36,755 nt of DNA from Alphaproteobacteria bacterium (GTDB taxonomy: Bacteria > Pseudomonadota > Alphaproteobacteria > Micropepsales > Micropepsaceae). Below, piece after piece: positions 1-8,396 of the stretch; position 1 is the first letter of the stretch; each line of letters starts with the position of its first letter. Made by a program: the position numbers and the translations under genes. Location: NCBI GenBank assembly GCA_031365165.1, contig JANLXP010000380.1:1-36755 (forward strand). The letters run 5' to 3'. Below the pieces are notes generated by a model, which had not been told where the DNA came from, searched no databases, and saw only the letters and a list, made by a program, of their open reading frames with translations.

Positions 1-702
1 ACGCGCACCGTGGCGGTCGTTGATCCATCGGAAGCGGCACCGGTTTTTTCGGCATTGGAACAACACAAGCTTCAACTCACACACATCTTGAACACGCATC
101 ACCATTTCGATCACACCGGCGGCAACGTCGAACTGAAGGAAAAGACCAGCGCCCGCGTCGTTGGCCCGCGCGTTGACCGTGAGCGCATCCCCGGCATCGA
201 CGAAGAGGTCGGCGAAGGCGACACCTGGTCGCTCGGCCAAGCCAAGGCAAAGATCTTCGACATCCCGGCGCACACGAAGGGCCACATCGCCTTCTGGTTC
301 GAAGGCGACAAAGCCGTCTTCACCGGCGACACGATGTTCGCCATGGGTTGCGGCCGCCTGTTCGAAGGCACCCCGGCCCAAATGTGGGCGAGCCTTTCGA
401 AGCTGGCCGCACTACCTGCCGACACGCGCGTCTATTGCGGCCACGAATACACGCTCTCGAACGGCCACTTTGCCGTCACGCTGGAGCCGAACAACGCCGC
501 GTTGAAGAAGCGCATGGTCGAGGTCGAGCGCTTGCGCGCCGAAGGCAAGCCGACGATCCCCTCGACGATCGGCCTGGAACGCGAGACGAACCCGTTCCTG
601 CGCCCGACAAACGCCGAACTGCGCAAATCGCTCGCGCTCGAATCCGCCGATGTCGTCGAGGTTTTCGCCGAGACCCGCCGCCGCAAAGACGTGTTCAAGT
701 GA
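1..702 (+). CDS. gloB: hydroxyacylglutathione hydrolase (glyoxalase II), 5' end cut by window edge
   Basis: Frame open from nt 1. Metallo-beta-lactamase motif THHHFDHTGGN, later HTKGH and CGHEYT, and NPFLR near the C-terminus. Stop TGA 700-702. Confidence 0.9.
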   Translation, partial: TRTVAVVDPSEAAPVFSALEQHKLQLTHILNTHHHFDHTGGNVELKEKTSARVVGPRVDRERIPGIDEEVGEGDTWSLGQAKAKIFDIPAHTKGHIAFWFEGDKAVFTGDTMFAMGCGRLFEGTPAQMWASLSKLAALPADTRVYCGHEYTLSNGHFAVTLEPNNAALKKRMVEVERLRAEGKPTIPSTIGLERETNPFLRPTNAELRKSLALESADVVEVFAETRRRKDVFK

Positions 703-1109
703 CAGCGGACGACATCGTCCGCGCCCTCGATCTCAAACCGCATCCCGAAGGCGGGCACTTCCGCGAAACGTTCCGTGACGCTGGCGAACCACGCGGCGCG
801 TCAACGTCCATCTACTATCTGCTGAAAGCCGGCGAGCACTCGCACTGGCATCGCGTTGACGCCGTCGAGGTTTGGCACTGGTACGCAGGCGACGCGCTCG
901 AACTCTCGATCTCTGAGAACGGCGTCACGACAGTCGCCACGCTCGGCGCCGACCTCGCAGCCGGCGAACGCCCACAGATCGTCGTCCCCAAACACGCGTG
1001 GCAAAGCGCACGCCCACTCGGCCGCTACACACTTGTCGGCTGCACGGTCGCGCCAGCGTTCATGTTCGAAGGCTTTGAGATGGCGCGGCCCGGTTGGCAA
1101 CCGGCCTAG
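699..1109 (+). CDS. cupin-fold protein (DUF985-like)
   Basis: GTG 699 overlaps the gloB stop (GTGA). LKPHPEGGHFRETF and HWH..EVWHWY motifs are typical of this cupin family. The upstream part of ORF 348..1109 overlaps gloB and is discounted. Confidence 0.8.
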   Translation: MTADDIVRALDLKPHPEGGHFRETFRDAGEPRGASTSIYYLLKAGEHSHWHRVDAVEVWHWYAGDALELSISENGVTTVATLGADLAAGERPQIVVPKHAWQSARPLGRYTLVGCTVAPAFMFEGFEMARPGWQPA

Positions 1110-1849
1110 CGGAAGATCTGCCGGAGCTGCCGTTGGATCGCGAACGAGGACGGCCGCCCGGCGAGCCCCTGCTCGACCGAAAAGCTCACGATCAGCATGT
1201 CGCCTTGCAGCGCGATGCCGGCGAACCGCGACTGCACGAAACGTACGCGATTGAGATAGTTCGAAAGCGCGTTGCGTCCCGGGCCCGATCGCGACAAGTC
1301 GAACAACGCGGTTCCGGCATTGCGAATGGCGTCGAACAGTATCCCGCGCGCGCCAGGATCACCCGCGGCCGCATTCCAATTCGCCTCAAAAAGAATCTCT
1401 TTTCCGGTCTCCGCGCGCAACTGCATCATGATGCGCCCCGCAATGTCGCGCACGAGCGCGATCGATGGCGGCACCGGCAGAAGCGGCGGAACGACCCGAT
1501 CGGGCGCCACCGGCGTGCCGCCACGGATGGCGGGCGTGAACAGCGTCATGCCGCCAAGGCCGGAGATGCGCAGCACGACCTCGCCGTCGTCCCGCACAAG
1601 CAAGCGGTCGCCGCCAGCGGCCGGTTGCCAACGCAAAACAAGAATCTCTTCCGACCCGTCAAACTTCAGCTTCGCAAGCTCGCTCGACCGATCGAGTACG
1701 AACCCGATCCGCGCGTCCTCCGAGATGTAGTGGGCAACGCGCGGCGGCTCGCGGTCGTAGGCGCGCGTCATCATCGCGCCGGCGCTGGTCAGCAAGGCGG
1801 CGACAACAATCAGAATGCGCGCAATCCACTGCAACGCCAGACTCCACAA
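1106..1849 (-). CDS. hypothetical secreted/membrane-anchored protein (resembles alphaproteobacterial DUF4908 proteins, from memory)
   Basis: 247-aa ORF with an N-terminal hydrophobic segment IARILIVVAALLTSAGA. The start codon at 1849 is TTG with no clear SD, so the start is uncertain. Confidence 0.6.
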   Translation of the reverse strand: MWSLALQWIARILIVVAALLTSAGAMMTRAYDREPPRVAHYISEDARIGFVLDRSSELAKLKFDGSEEILVLRWQPAAGGDRLLVRDDGEVVLRISGLGGMTLFTPAIRGGTPVAPDRVVPPLLPVPPSIALVRDIAGRIMMQLRAETGKEILFEANWNAAAGDPGARGILFDAIRNAGTALFDLSRSGPGRNALSNYLNRVRFVQSRFAGIALQGDMLIVSFSVEQGLAGRPSSFAIQRQLRQIFR

Positions 1850-1951
1850 ACGGTGAGGGAGCGGAACAACCGCAATTGGCCGTCCGCTGAGCCTTTCCCC
1901 GCAATGTCTTGAGGTCTGGTATTGCCTGTGATGATGGCAACAATGTGGTTC

Positions 1952-1980
1952 GATTAACGCAATTGCTCCTTGCGTTAATC
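1952..1980. repeat. perfect 11-bp inverted repeat GATTAACGCAA-N7-TTGCGTTAATC
   Basis: Read directly. Lies between the phaB stop and the start of the 1106..1849 gene. No U-tract on either strand. Confidence 0.6.
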
Positions 1981-2092
1981 ACAGGTTACGGAGCGGCAAA
2001 GCCCGCTTCGCGTCGCTGGCGTATTGGCCCCGCGACTGAGACATTCTTGCCACCCACGCGTGGCGTACGCGCACGCGTGCGCGGCAAACGCC

Positions 2093-2815
2093 TCAATACA
2101 TATGTTGGCCGCCGTTGATCGACATCGTCGACCCCGTGACGAAACCGGCATCGTCCGCAACGAGAAACAGCACGCCACGCGCGATCTCTTCCGCCTTGCC
2201 GAGCCGGCCAACGGGAATTTTCGCCACGATCTTCTCAAGCACATTCGGCGGAACGGCAGCGACCATATCGGTGTCGATATAGCCCGGCGCGATCGCGTTG
2301 ACGGTAATGCCCTTCGGCGCGCCTTCTTGCGCCAACGCCTTCGTGAAGCCGTGAATGCCCGACTTCGCGGCCGCGTAGTTCACCTGTCCATATTGCCCGG
2401 CCTGACCGTTGATCGAGCCGATGTTCACGATGCGCCCAAAGCCGCGATCAAGCATGCCGTCCCAGGCCGCTTTGCACATGTTGAAACAACCGCCGAGATT
2501 GGTGTCGAGCACTTCATCCCACTGCGCGCGCGATTGCTTCTTCAGCGTCGAGTCCCGCGTAATACCCGCATTGTTGACGATGATGTCGACGGGCCCAAGT
2601 TTCGAGACGACTTCGGCCACGCCTTTCATGCACGCGTCGTAGTCCGCGACGTCCCACTTGAAAACGGAGATGCCGGTCTTCTGCGCGAAAGCCTGCGCGC
2701 GCTCATCGTTCCCGGCGTAGTTCGCCGCAACTTTGTATCCGGCCTTTTTGAGACCCAGTGAAACTGCCTCGCCGATCCCGCGTGTACCGCCGGTGACAAT
2801 CGCTACCCGTGACAT
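2093..2815 (-). CDS. phaB: acetoacetyl-CoA reductase (SDR)
   Basis: MSRVAIVTGGTRGIG Rossmann motif, NNAG, and YAAAK catalytic Tyr/Lys. GGAGG SD lies upstream of ATG 2815. Follows the thiolase gene and lies next to phaR. Confidence 0.92.
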   Translation of the reverse strand: MSRVAIVTGGTRGIGEAVSLGLKKAGYKVAANYAGNDERAQAFAQKTGISVFKWDVADYDACMKGVAEVVSKLGPVDIIVNNAGITRDSTLKKQSRAQWDEVLDTNLGGCFNMCKAAWDGMLDRGFGRIVNIGSINGQAGQYGQVNYAAAKSGIHGFTKALAQEGAPKGITVNAIAPGYIDTDMVAAVPPNVLEKIVAKIPVGRLGKAEEIARGVLFLVADDAGFVTGSTMSINGGQHMY

Positions 2816-2840
2816 GTTTTTATCCTCCCATTTTGTTTTG

Positions 2841-4016
2841 TTAGCGCTCGACGCAAACCGCGATACCCATACCGCCGCCAATGCAAAGCGTGGCAAGGCC
2901 TTTCTTCGCGTCGCGCTTCTGCATTTCGTGCAACAGGGTCACGAACACGCGGGCACCTGACGCGCCGATCGGATGTCCGATCGCGATCGCACCACCGTTG
3001 ACGTTCACCTTCGCAGGGTCCCAACCCATGTCTTTGTTGACGGCACACGCTTGCGCGGCGAACGCCTCGTTCGCTTCGATCAGGTCGAGATCGGACGCTG
3101 ACCATCCCGCCTTCTTCAGCGCCGCGCGCGATGCCGGGATCGGGCCTGTGCCCATGATCTTCGGATCGACGCCGGCTTGGGCCCAAGACTTGATCACCGC
3201 GAGCGGCTTCAACCCGCGCTTGTCGGCCTCTTTGAGGGACATCAGAACAACCGCCGCGGCACCATCGTTGATGCCGCTCGCGTTGGCCGCTGTCACCGTG
3301 CCGCCCTCTTTCAAGAACGCCGCGCGCAAATCCTTGATCGAGTCGTAGGTCACGCCGTCGCGGATGTATTCGTCGGTATCGATGACCTTCTCGCCCTTAC
3401 GTTCCTTTATCGTGACCGCAACGATTTCGTCTTTGAACCGCCCAGCCTTGCGCGCAGCCTCGGCCTTGTTCTGCGAGGCGACCGCGAAGCGATCCTGCTG
3501 CTCGCGCGTGATCTGCCATTCCTTAGCCACGTTCTCGGCCGTGTTGCCCATGTGATAGCCGTTGAACACGTCCATCAGCCCGTCCTTGATCATCGTGTCG
3601 ATGAACTCAAGCGGCCCCATCTTCTGACCCGCGCGCAGGTAAGCGGCGTGCGGTGCCATCGACATGGATTCTTGTCCGCCCGCAACGACGATTGAGGAGT
3701 CGCCATTCACGATCGCTTGGTGGCCCAAAGCGACGGCGCGCAAACCGGAGCCGCAAAGCTGATTGATACCCCACGCCGGAACTTCAACCGGAAGCCCCGC
3801 ATTGATCGATGCCTGCCGCGCCGGATTCTGCCCTTGGGCCGCGCTCAAGATCTGCCCCAAGATGACTTCGCTGACGTCCTTCGCGTCGACCTTCGCGCGC
3901 TTCAGAACTTCTTTGATTGCGACTTTGCCAAGGTCGTGCGCGGGCACTGAGCCGAACACTCCGTTGAACGAACCTACGGCCGTGCGTGCAGCTGCAACAA
4001 TGGCGACATCAGTCAT
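2841..4016 (-). CDS. phaA: acetyl-CoA acetyltransferase (biosynthetic thiolase)
   Basis: 391 aa. Contains [10 protein letters not shown] (active-site Cys), [24 protein letters not shown] and CIGGGMG thiolase signatures. AGGAG SD present. Confidence 0.93.
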   Translation of the reverse strand: MTDVAIVAAARTAVGSFNGVFGSVPAHDLGKVAIKEVLKRAKVDAKDVSEVILGQILSAAQGQNPARQASINAGLPVEVPAWGINQLCGSGLRAVALGHQAIVNGDSSIVVAGGQESMSMAPHAAYLRAGQKMGPLEFIDTMIKDGLMDVFNGYHMGNTAENVAKEWQITREQQDRFAVASQNKAEAARKAGRFKDEIVAVTIKERKGEKVIDTDEYIRDGVTYDSIKDLRAAFLKEGGTVTAANASGINDGAAAVVLMSLKEADKRGLKPLAVIKSWAQAGVDPKIMGTGPIPASRAALKKAGWSASDLDLIEANEAFAAQACAVNKDMGWDPAKVNVNGGAIAIGHPIGASGARVFVTLLHEMQKRDAKKGLATLCIGGGMGIAVCVER

Positions 4017-4187
4017 GTGAGGGGGCTCCTGAAAACGGCAAAAAGATTGAGGCCTGTTAAGATTGACATTGGCACGGCCGACGGCTGTCAGCCAAGCCGT
4101 TCCGCCATTTTTGAAGGAGATTTGAACGTCGTCAGGCGGGCCTTAACGCATCCGCGGTAGGAATAACCCAACAACTGGCGTATTATG

Positions 4188-4218
4188 CTGCGCAACAAAA
4201 AGCGATTGCGGCGCAACA
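4188..4218. promoter_or_regulatory. candidate PhaR operator: GCGCAACA direct repeat 21 bp apart, second copy within palindrome TTGCG-G-CGCAA
   Basis: GCGCAACA at 4190-4197 and 4211-4218. TTGCGGCGCAA at 4206-4216. Sits just downstream of a TATTAT hexamer (4181-4186) in the phaR/phaAB divergent region. Confidence 0.35.
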
Positions 4219-4243
4219 TCGACCCGCATCTTGAGGCTCACGA

Positions 4244-4846
4244 ATGACCGCTGCCCCTAGCAACGAACCGATCACGATCAAGAAGTACGCGAACCGCCGC
4301 CTCTACAACACGGCGACGTCGAGTTACGTCACGCTTGATCACTTGTCTGAGATGGTCAAACACGGGCAGGAATTTAACGTCTACGACGCCAAGTCCGGTG
4401 AGGACATCACCCGCTCCGTCCTGACCCAGATCATCTTCGAGGAAGAGGGCAAAGGCGGCCAACAGCTGCTACCGATTCAATTCCTTCGCCAGCTGATCCG
4501 CTTCTACGGCGACAGCATGCAGGCGCTGGTGCCGGGTTATTTGAACCTCAGCATGGATTCGTTCTCCAAGAACCATGAGCGTATGCGCGAACAGCTGACC
4601 TCGGCCTTCGGCGGCAAAGGCATGCTGAAAGAGTTTGAGGGCATCGCGCGCCAGAATATGCAGATGTTCGAGCGCGCCATGCGCATGTTCACGCCGTTTG
4701 GCGCGCTCATGAAGACGCGCGACGAACAAGCGGCAAACGGCACCGCCGGCGAACACACGGAAAGCGCCGACGAAGAGATCGCCGATCTGAAGGCTCAGAT
4801 CGAGACGATGCGCCGGCAGATCGACGACCTGGCAAGCCGGAAATAG
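4244..4846 (+). CDS. phaR: polyhydroxyalkanoate synthesis repressor PhaR
   Basis: N-terminus IKKYANRRLYNTATSSYVTLDHL is the PhaR signature. GAGG SD lies 7 nt upstream. Divergent from phaAB. Confidence 0.92.
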   Translation: MTAAPSNEPITIKKYANRRLYNTATSSYVTLDHLSEMVKHGQEFNVYDAKSGEDITRSVLTQIIFEEEGKGGQQLLPIQFLRQLIRFYGDSMQALVPGYLNLSMDSFSKNHERMREQLTSAFGGKGMLKEFEGIARQNMQMFERAMRMFTPFGALMKTRDEQAANGTAGEHTESADEEIADLKAQIETMRRQIDDLASRK

Positions 4847-4940
4847 CTGCACTTCCCTTACGTTGGCTGAGCAACGGCCCGCTTGCGCCGTGGCCTTCCG
4901 TCGTGCGTAATCTTTGGCGACCCTCTCTGCCGGAGCCCGC

Positions 4941-5480
4941 ATGACCTTGTCCAAGTTGCTGCCCCTGATCGCCATCGTCATGGCCGTTGCGTGCCAAGCC
5001 GCCCTGGCAGCGAACTCGAAGGACATGGCCCGCGTCCGCAAATCTCAGAACTTCTCGCAGTGCATCCGCTGCGATCTCTCGGGCGCAAACTTCGAAGACC
5101 GCTTCTTTCAATTGGCTGTGCTCATCGAGGCAAACCTCTCGGGCAGCAATTTCGATGGCGCGAACCTGGCCGGCACGCAGCTAACCAACGCGAACTTGTC
5201 GAAGGGAACGTTCCGCTACACCAACTTCTCGGGCGCGCAGATGCAGGGCGCGGACCTGCGTGGTGCCGACTTCCGAGGGTCGTGGTTCAATTGGGCTTGG
5301 TTCGCTGGGGCAAAACTTGACGGCGCCGATTTCACGAACGCGCACTTCGTCGGCGCCCAGCTTCAGGGCACCGACCTTTCTAAGGCAATTGGATTAACGT
5401 CGTCGCAAGTTCGCACGGCCTGCGCCGACGCAACCACGAGGCTGCCGCCGGGCGTCGAACGGCCTTGGTGCCCGTACTAG
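4941..5480 (+). CDS. secreted pentapeptide-repeat protein
   Basis: Signal peptide MTLSKLLPLIAIVMAVACQAALA, then runs of A(D/N)LxG-type pentapeptides (ANLSGSNFDGANLAGTQLTNANLS...). GGAG SD before ATG 4941. The TTG at 4914 is a less likely start. Confidence 0.8.
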   Translation: MTLSKLLPLIAIVMAVACQAALAANSKDMARVRKSQNFSQCIRCDLSGANFEDRFFQLAVLIEANLSGSNFDGANLAGTQLTNANLSKGTFRYTNFSGAQMQGADLRGADFRGSWFNWAWFAGAKLDGADFTNAHFVGAQLQGTDLSKAIGLTSSQVRTACADATTRLPPGVERPWCPY

Positions 5481-5695
5481 CTTTCGAATTGCCGGGCAAA
5501 GCTCTCAACGGGCCGGCCCAGCCAAGCGACCATCTGCAGCATGCCGTCGACTTCGAGCCGCCCGCCGCGTTCCGTGCGCGCGATCGTCGCGGCACTCACG
5601 CCGATCTCGTTCGCCACTTGCCGCCACGACAGCGAGCGCGCCTTCCGTTGCGCATCCAGCGCCTGGTAAAGCGCGCGCGTGTCGAAGCGGAGCAT
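5477..5695 (-). CDS. XRE-family helix-turn-helix transcriptional regulator
   Basis: 72 aa with LSWRQVANEIGVSAATIARTERG HTH. The ATG at 5695 lies 2 nt after the upstream VOC stop. Confidence 0.75.
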   Translation of the reverse strand: MLRFDTRALYQALDAQRKARSLSWRQVANEIGVSAATIARTERGGRLEVDGMLQMVAWLGRPVESFARQFES

Positions 5696-5697
5696 CG

Positions 5698-6084
5698 TTA
5701 TTTCTTCGGTACCATGCAGAAGGCAACGAACTTGTTGCCGTCGAGGTCGCGGAAATACCCGCCATAGAAACCGCTGTTGGCTTCCGCGGGACGGAACCCG
5801 GGCGCACCTTCGCATTTGCCGCCAAGCTCGGTCGCCTTCGCGTACACCTTTTTGACGTCGTCCGGTGACCCGACGGCAAGCGCCACCATGGTCCCGTTGC
5901 CGACGGTCGCGAGCTTTCCGTCATGCGGTTTGATGACCATGACTTGCGGACCCTTACCACTCGTCCAGCCGGTCATGTGGTCGTTGTCCCAGCCGCGCTT
6001 TGCGCCGATCTCGCCAAGCACGCTGTCATAGAATTTGCGCGCCCGTTCGAGGTCGTTCGTACCAACGGTCATGTAGCCGATCAT
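5698..6084 (-). CDS. VOC/glyoxalase-family protein
   Basis: 128 aa. Begins MIGYMTVGTNDLERARKFY and ends GYFRDLDGNKF, typical of the glyoxalase/bleomycin-resistance fold. AGGAGA SD before ATG 6084. Confidence 0.8.
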   Translation of the reverse strand: MIGYMTVGTNDLERARKFYDSVLGEIGAKRGWDNDHMTGWTSGKGPQVMVIKPHDGKLATVGNGTMVALAVGSPDDVKKVYAKATELGGKCEGAPGFRPAEANSGFYGGYFRDLDGNKFVAFCMVPKK

Positions 6085-6156
6085 GCTTGTCTCCTGCTCA
6101 ATGTCTGAAGCGGGGGTTTTAGCTGCCCGGAGCAGGCAAAGCAAAGAAGCCGTCGG

Positions 6157-6579
6157 CTAGGCAACGGTCTCGCGGGTTGGCAGCGGTACTGTGGTCGGAT
6201 CCGTAGGGTGAGCACCGCTGCGATCGCCGATCGCCCACTGCACGCCAACAAAGGCACCCTTCACGCGCGGCAGAAGTACCAGCGCCAATACGACAATGCT
6301 CGGCAAGACGATCGCGAACAGCCACGCCAACGGCCAGGTGAAAACCGCATCGCTTAGCAGCAGCGGTCCGAGCACCAAATGGCCGACGATCAGAATCGTG
6401 AAATAGGCAGGCCCGTCATCCGCACGATACTGCGAGAGATCATGCCCGCACGAGGCGCATGTCGGCGCGACCTTCAGGTACGCACGAAACAGCTCCCCTT
6501 CGCCGCACTGTGGGCAACGACCGAAGAGCCCGCGCTTGAGACCTTCCCAAACAGAGCGCTGTTGAAACGTTGCGGTCAC
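6157..6579 (-). CDS. DUF983 zinc-ribbon membrane protein
   Basis: CPQCGEGELF...CASCG zinc ribbon followed by two TM segments. GTG start preceded by GGGAG. Confidence 0.8.
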   Translation of the reverse strand: MTATFQQRSVWEGLKRGLFGRCPQCGEGELFRAYLKVAPTCASCGHDLSQYRADDGPAYFTILIVGHLVLGPLLLSDAVFTWPLAWLFAIVLPSIVVLALVLLPRVKGAFVGVQWAIGDRSGAHPTDPTTVPLPTRETVA

Positions 6580-6612
6580 AAAAAACTCCCGGCGCTAACA
6601 ACCGGGATGTAA

Positions 6613-6637
6613 GCACGTGCATATGAAATGCACGTGC
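6613..6637. repeat. two copies of the self-complementary octamer GCACGTGC separated by 9 nt
   Basis: Copies at 6613-6620 and 6630-6637, immediately 3' of the GGDEF-EAL stop (6639). Confidence 0.6.
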
Positions 6638-6638
6638 G

Positions 6639-8396
6639 TCAGTTCGTCCAGGGTTCGCGAATCTCGGGCTTGGAGAAGTGGAAGCCCTGCAGATAGTCCA
6701 CGCCGAACGCGCGCAGAATGTCGGCCTCGCGCGCATCCGAAACCCATTCGGCGACGGTCTCAAGATTGAAGTTCTTGGCCAGGTCGACGAGCGTGCGCAC
6801 GAAAATCTGATTGTCGCGGCTGTCCGCCATGCCTTTGACGAACGACCCGTCGATCTTGACCATATCGACCTTCAGCGACTGCAGATTGCGGAACGACGTA
6901 TAACCGGCGCCGAAATCGTCGATCGCGACCTTCGCGCCGAGGGCGCGCACGCGGCTGACGAAGCGCATGCTTTCCTCGATATCGATCAGCGCCGCCGTCT
7001 CCGTCAGCTCGACGATAAGCCGCGGCACCACATCGGTGTGATTTTCGAGATAGGCGACGAACGCTTCCAACGTCGGCCGGTCGCTCGCTGTCATCCCCGA
7101 AACATTGAGCGAGAGGCGCGCACCGCGATACTTCTTCAATGACGCAATCGTTAGCTCAAGAACTCGTCGATCAAGCCGGCGCACAAGGCCCAACTGCTCG
7201 GCAACCGGAATGAAATCGCCCGCCGCAATAACCTGACCCTCGGGCCGCGAAATGCGCACAAGGCATTCGTGCGCCACCGCTTCGCTGGTCTTGGCGTCGA
7301 CGATGGACTGATAGGCCAGAACGACGCGATTCTCGGACAACGCCGTAATGATCTGATCGCCGATCGCAACTGTGCGCTTGCGCAACGACTCGCGCTGCGG
7401 CGAATGCGAATAGGCGGCATAGTTGTCGCGCCCGTGCGCCTTCGCGCGATCGAGTGCTTCTTCGGCACGTGCCATGGCTTCCTGGCTGTTGCGTGCGTCC
7501 TGCGGCAACGCGACGATACCAACGGACACGCTGACGCTGACCGCGCCGCCGCGTGTCGGCACCACGCGCGAGCGGACGGCTTCGCGCAACACTTCGGTAC
7601 GCTCGGCCATCTCGCCAGCCGTACACCGCTCCAAGATCAAGCCGAACTTGTTGCCGGCTGTCCGGCCAACGACGCCGGCCGTTCCGATGATCTCTGCGAA
7701 TCTGCGCCCGACCGCGACGATAACCTCGTCGGCGACGTCGAACCCGTATGTTTCGTTGATGACCGCAAGATCGTCGATCGCAACCACGCAATACGCAGCA
7801 GGCTCACGCTGCGCCGCAGCCTTCAATTCCAGATGCTGGGCCAACCGCTCGCGCAAGCGAATGCGGTTCAAGTGCCCCGTCATTTCGTCGTAGCTCGCGG
7901 CCCACTCAAGATGCGCCTCGCGCAACTTGCGTTCCGTGATGTTGCGCACGGTGCCGACGACGCGTTCCGTCTGGCCGTTTTGGCCGACGAGGCACACGCC
8001 GCAATCCTCAACCCAAACCGGCCCCGCACCCGACTTCATCATGTACTCGAGGCGGAACGTGCCGCCGTCGCCCGGCGGGGTCAGCGCCAACCGGAGCCGC
8101 GCTTCAACGGCATCTTGATCGATCAATAGGTGGAACGTCGCATCGCTCTCATAGTGCTCAAGCTCGCCGACGCCCAGATGCGCGCTCGGATCGCCGCTCC
8201 ACACGATGTTTCCGTCGCTGGGCGTCCAGTCGTAAACGACGTCGCCACTTGCGGCGAGCGCGAGACGCAGCCGTTCTTCCTCACCAAGCTCGGCGAGCTT
8301 TTGGACGGAATTTGCCTGACGACGAGTGAACACGACCGTATTGCCCCCAACACACGCGAGCCGCTCTTCGCAGACGGGGGTTCCCCCTTCTCGCAC
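6639..8396 (-). CDS. PAS - degenerate GGDEF - EAL c-di-GMP signalling protein
   Basis: The GGDEF position reads AGNKF (nt 7644-7658). The EAL position reads ECL (7260-7268). ELTE, DDFGAGYTS, KIDGSF and QGF EAL-domain motifs are present. GTG start at 8396 is uncertain. Confidence 0.85.
   Translation of the reverse strand: MREGGTPVCEERLACVGGNTVVFTRRQANSVQKLAELGEEERLRLALAASGDVVYDWTPSDGNIVWSGDPSAHLGVGELEHYESDATFHLLIDQDAVEARLRLALTPPGDGGTFRLEYMMKSGAGPVWVEDCGVCLVGQNGQTERVVGTVRNITERKLREAHLEWAASYDEMTGHLNRIRLRERLAQHLELKAAAQREPAAYCVVAIDDLAVINETYGFDVADEVIVAVGRRFAEIIGTAGVVGRTAGNKFGLILERCTAGEMAERTEVLREAVRSRVVPTRGGAVSVSVSVGIVALPQDARNSQEAMARAEEALDRAKAHGRDNYAAYSHSPQRESLRKRTVAIGDQIITALSENRVVLAYQSIVDAKTSEAVAHECLVRISRPEGQVIAAGDFIPVAEQLGLVRRLDRRVLELTIASLKKYRGARLSLNVSGMTASDRPTLEAFVAYLENHTDVVPRLIVELTETAALIDIEESMRFVSRVRALGAKVAIDDFGAGYTSFRNLQSLKVDMVKIDGSFVKGMADSRDNQIFVRTLVDLAKNFNLETVAEWVSDAREADILRAFGVDYLQGFHFSKPEIREPWTN

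Noticed and set aside
348-698. N-terminal 117 codons of ORF 348..1109, and similar long leaders on ORFs 2093..2896, 9014..9931, 23787..25976, 22169..23386 and 30023..31153
   Set aside because: These leaders overlap well-supported neighbouring genes and are Arg/Pro/Ala-rich. Conserved family sequence starts only at an internal ATG/GTG/TTG with an SD or a coupling overlap. They are treated as open reading frame run-on in GC-rich DNA.
1944-1962. tRNA T-arm-like string GGTTCGATTAACG
   Set aside because: No acceptor stem, D-arm or anticodon arm can be folded around it. The sequence is part of the 11-bp palindrome instead.
1952-1980. FNR/FixK-type box (TTGAT-N4-ATCAA / TTG-N8-CAA) in the 11-bp palindrome
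   Set aside because: The half-site spacing (N7 between 11-mers) and the sequence do not fit the 14-bp FixK/FNR consensus.
5477-6084. XRE regulator + small downstream/upstream gene as a toxin-antitoxin or defence pair; likewise the EVE-domain gene (29304..29723) as a modified-DNA-sensing defence component
   Set aside because: The XRE partner is an ordinary VOC/glyoxalase-fold enzyme, not a toxin family. The EVE gene sits in the widespread gpsA-yciI-EVE housekeeping arrangement with no nuclease, ATPase or methylase partner.
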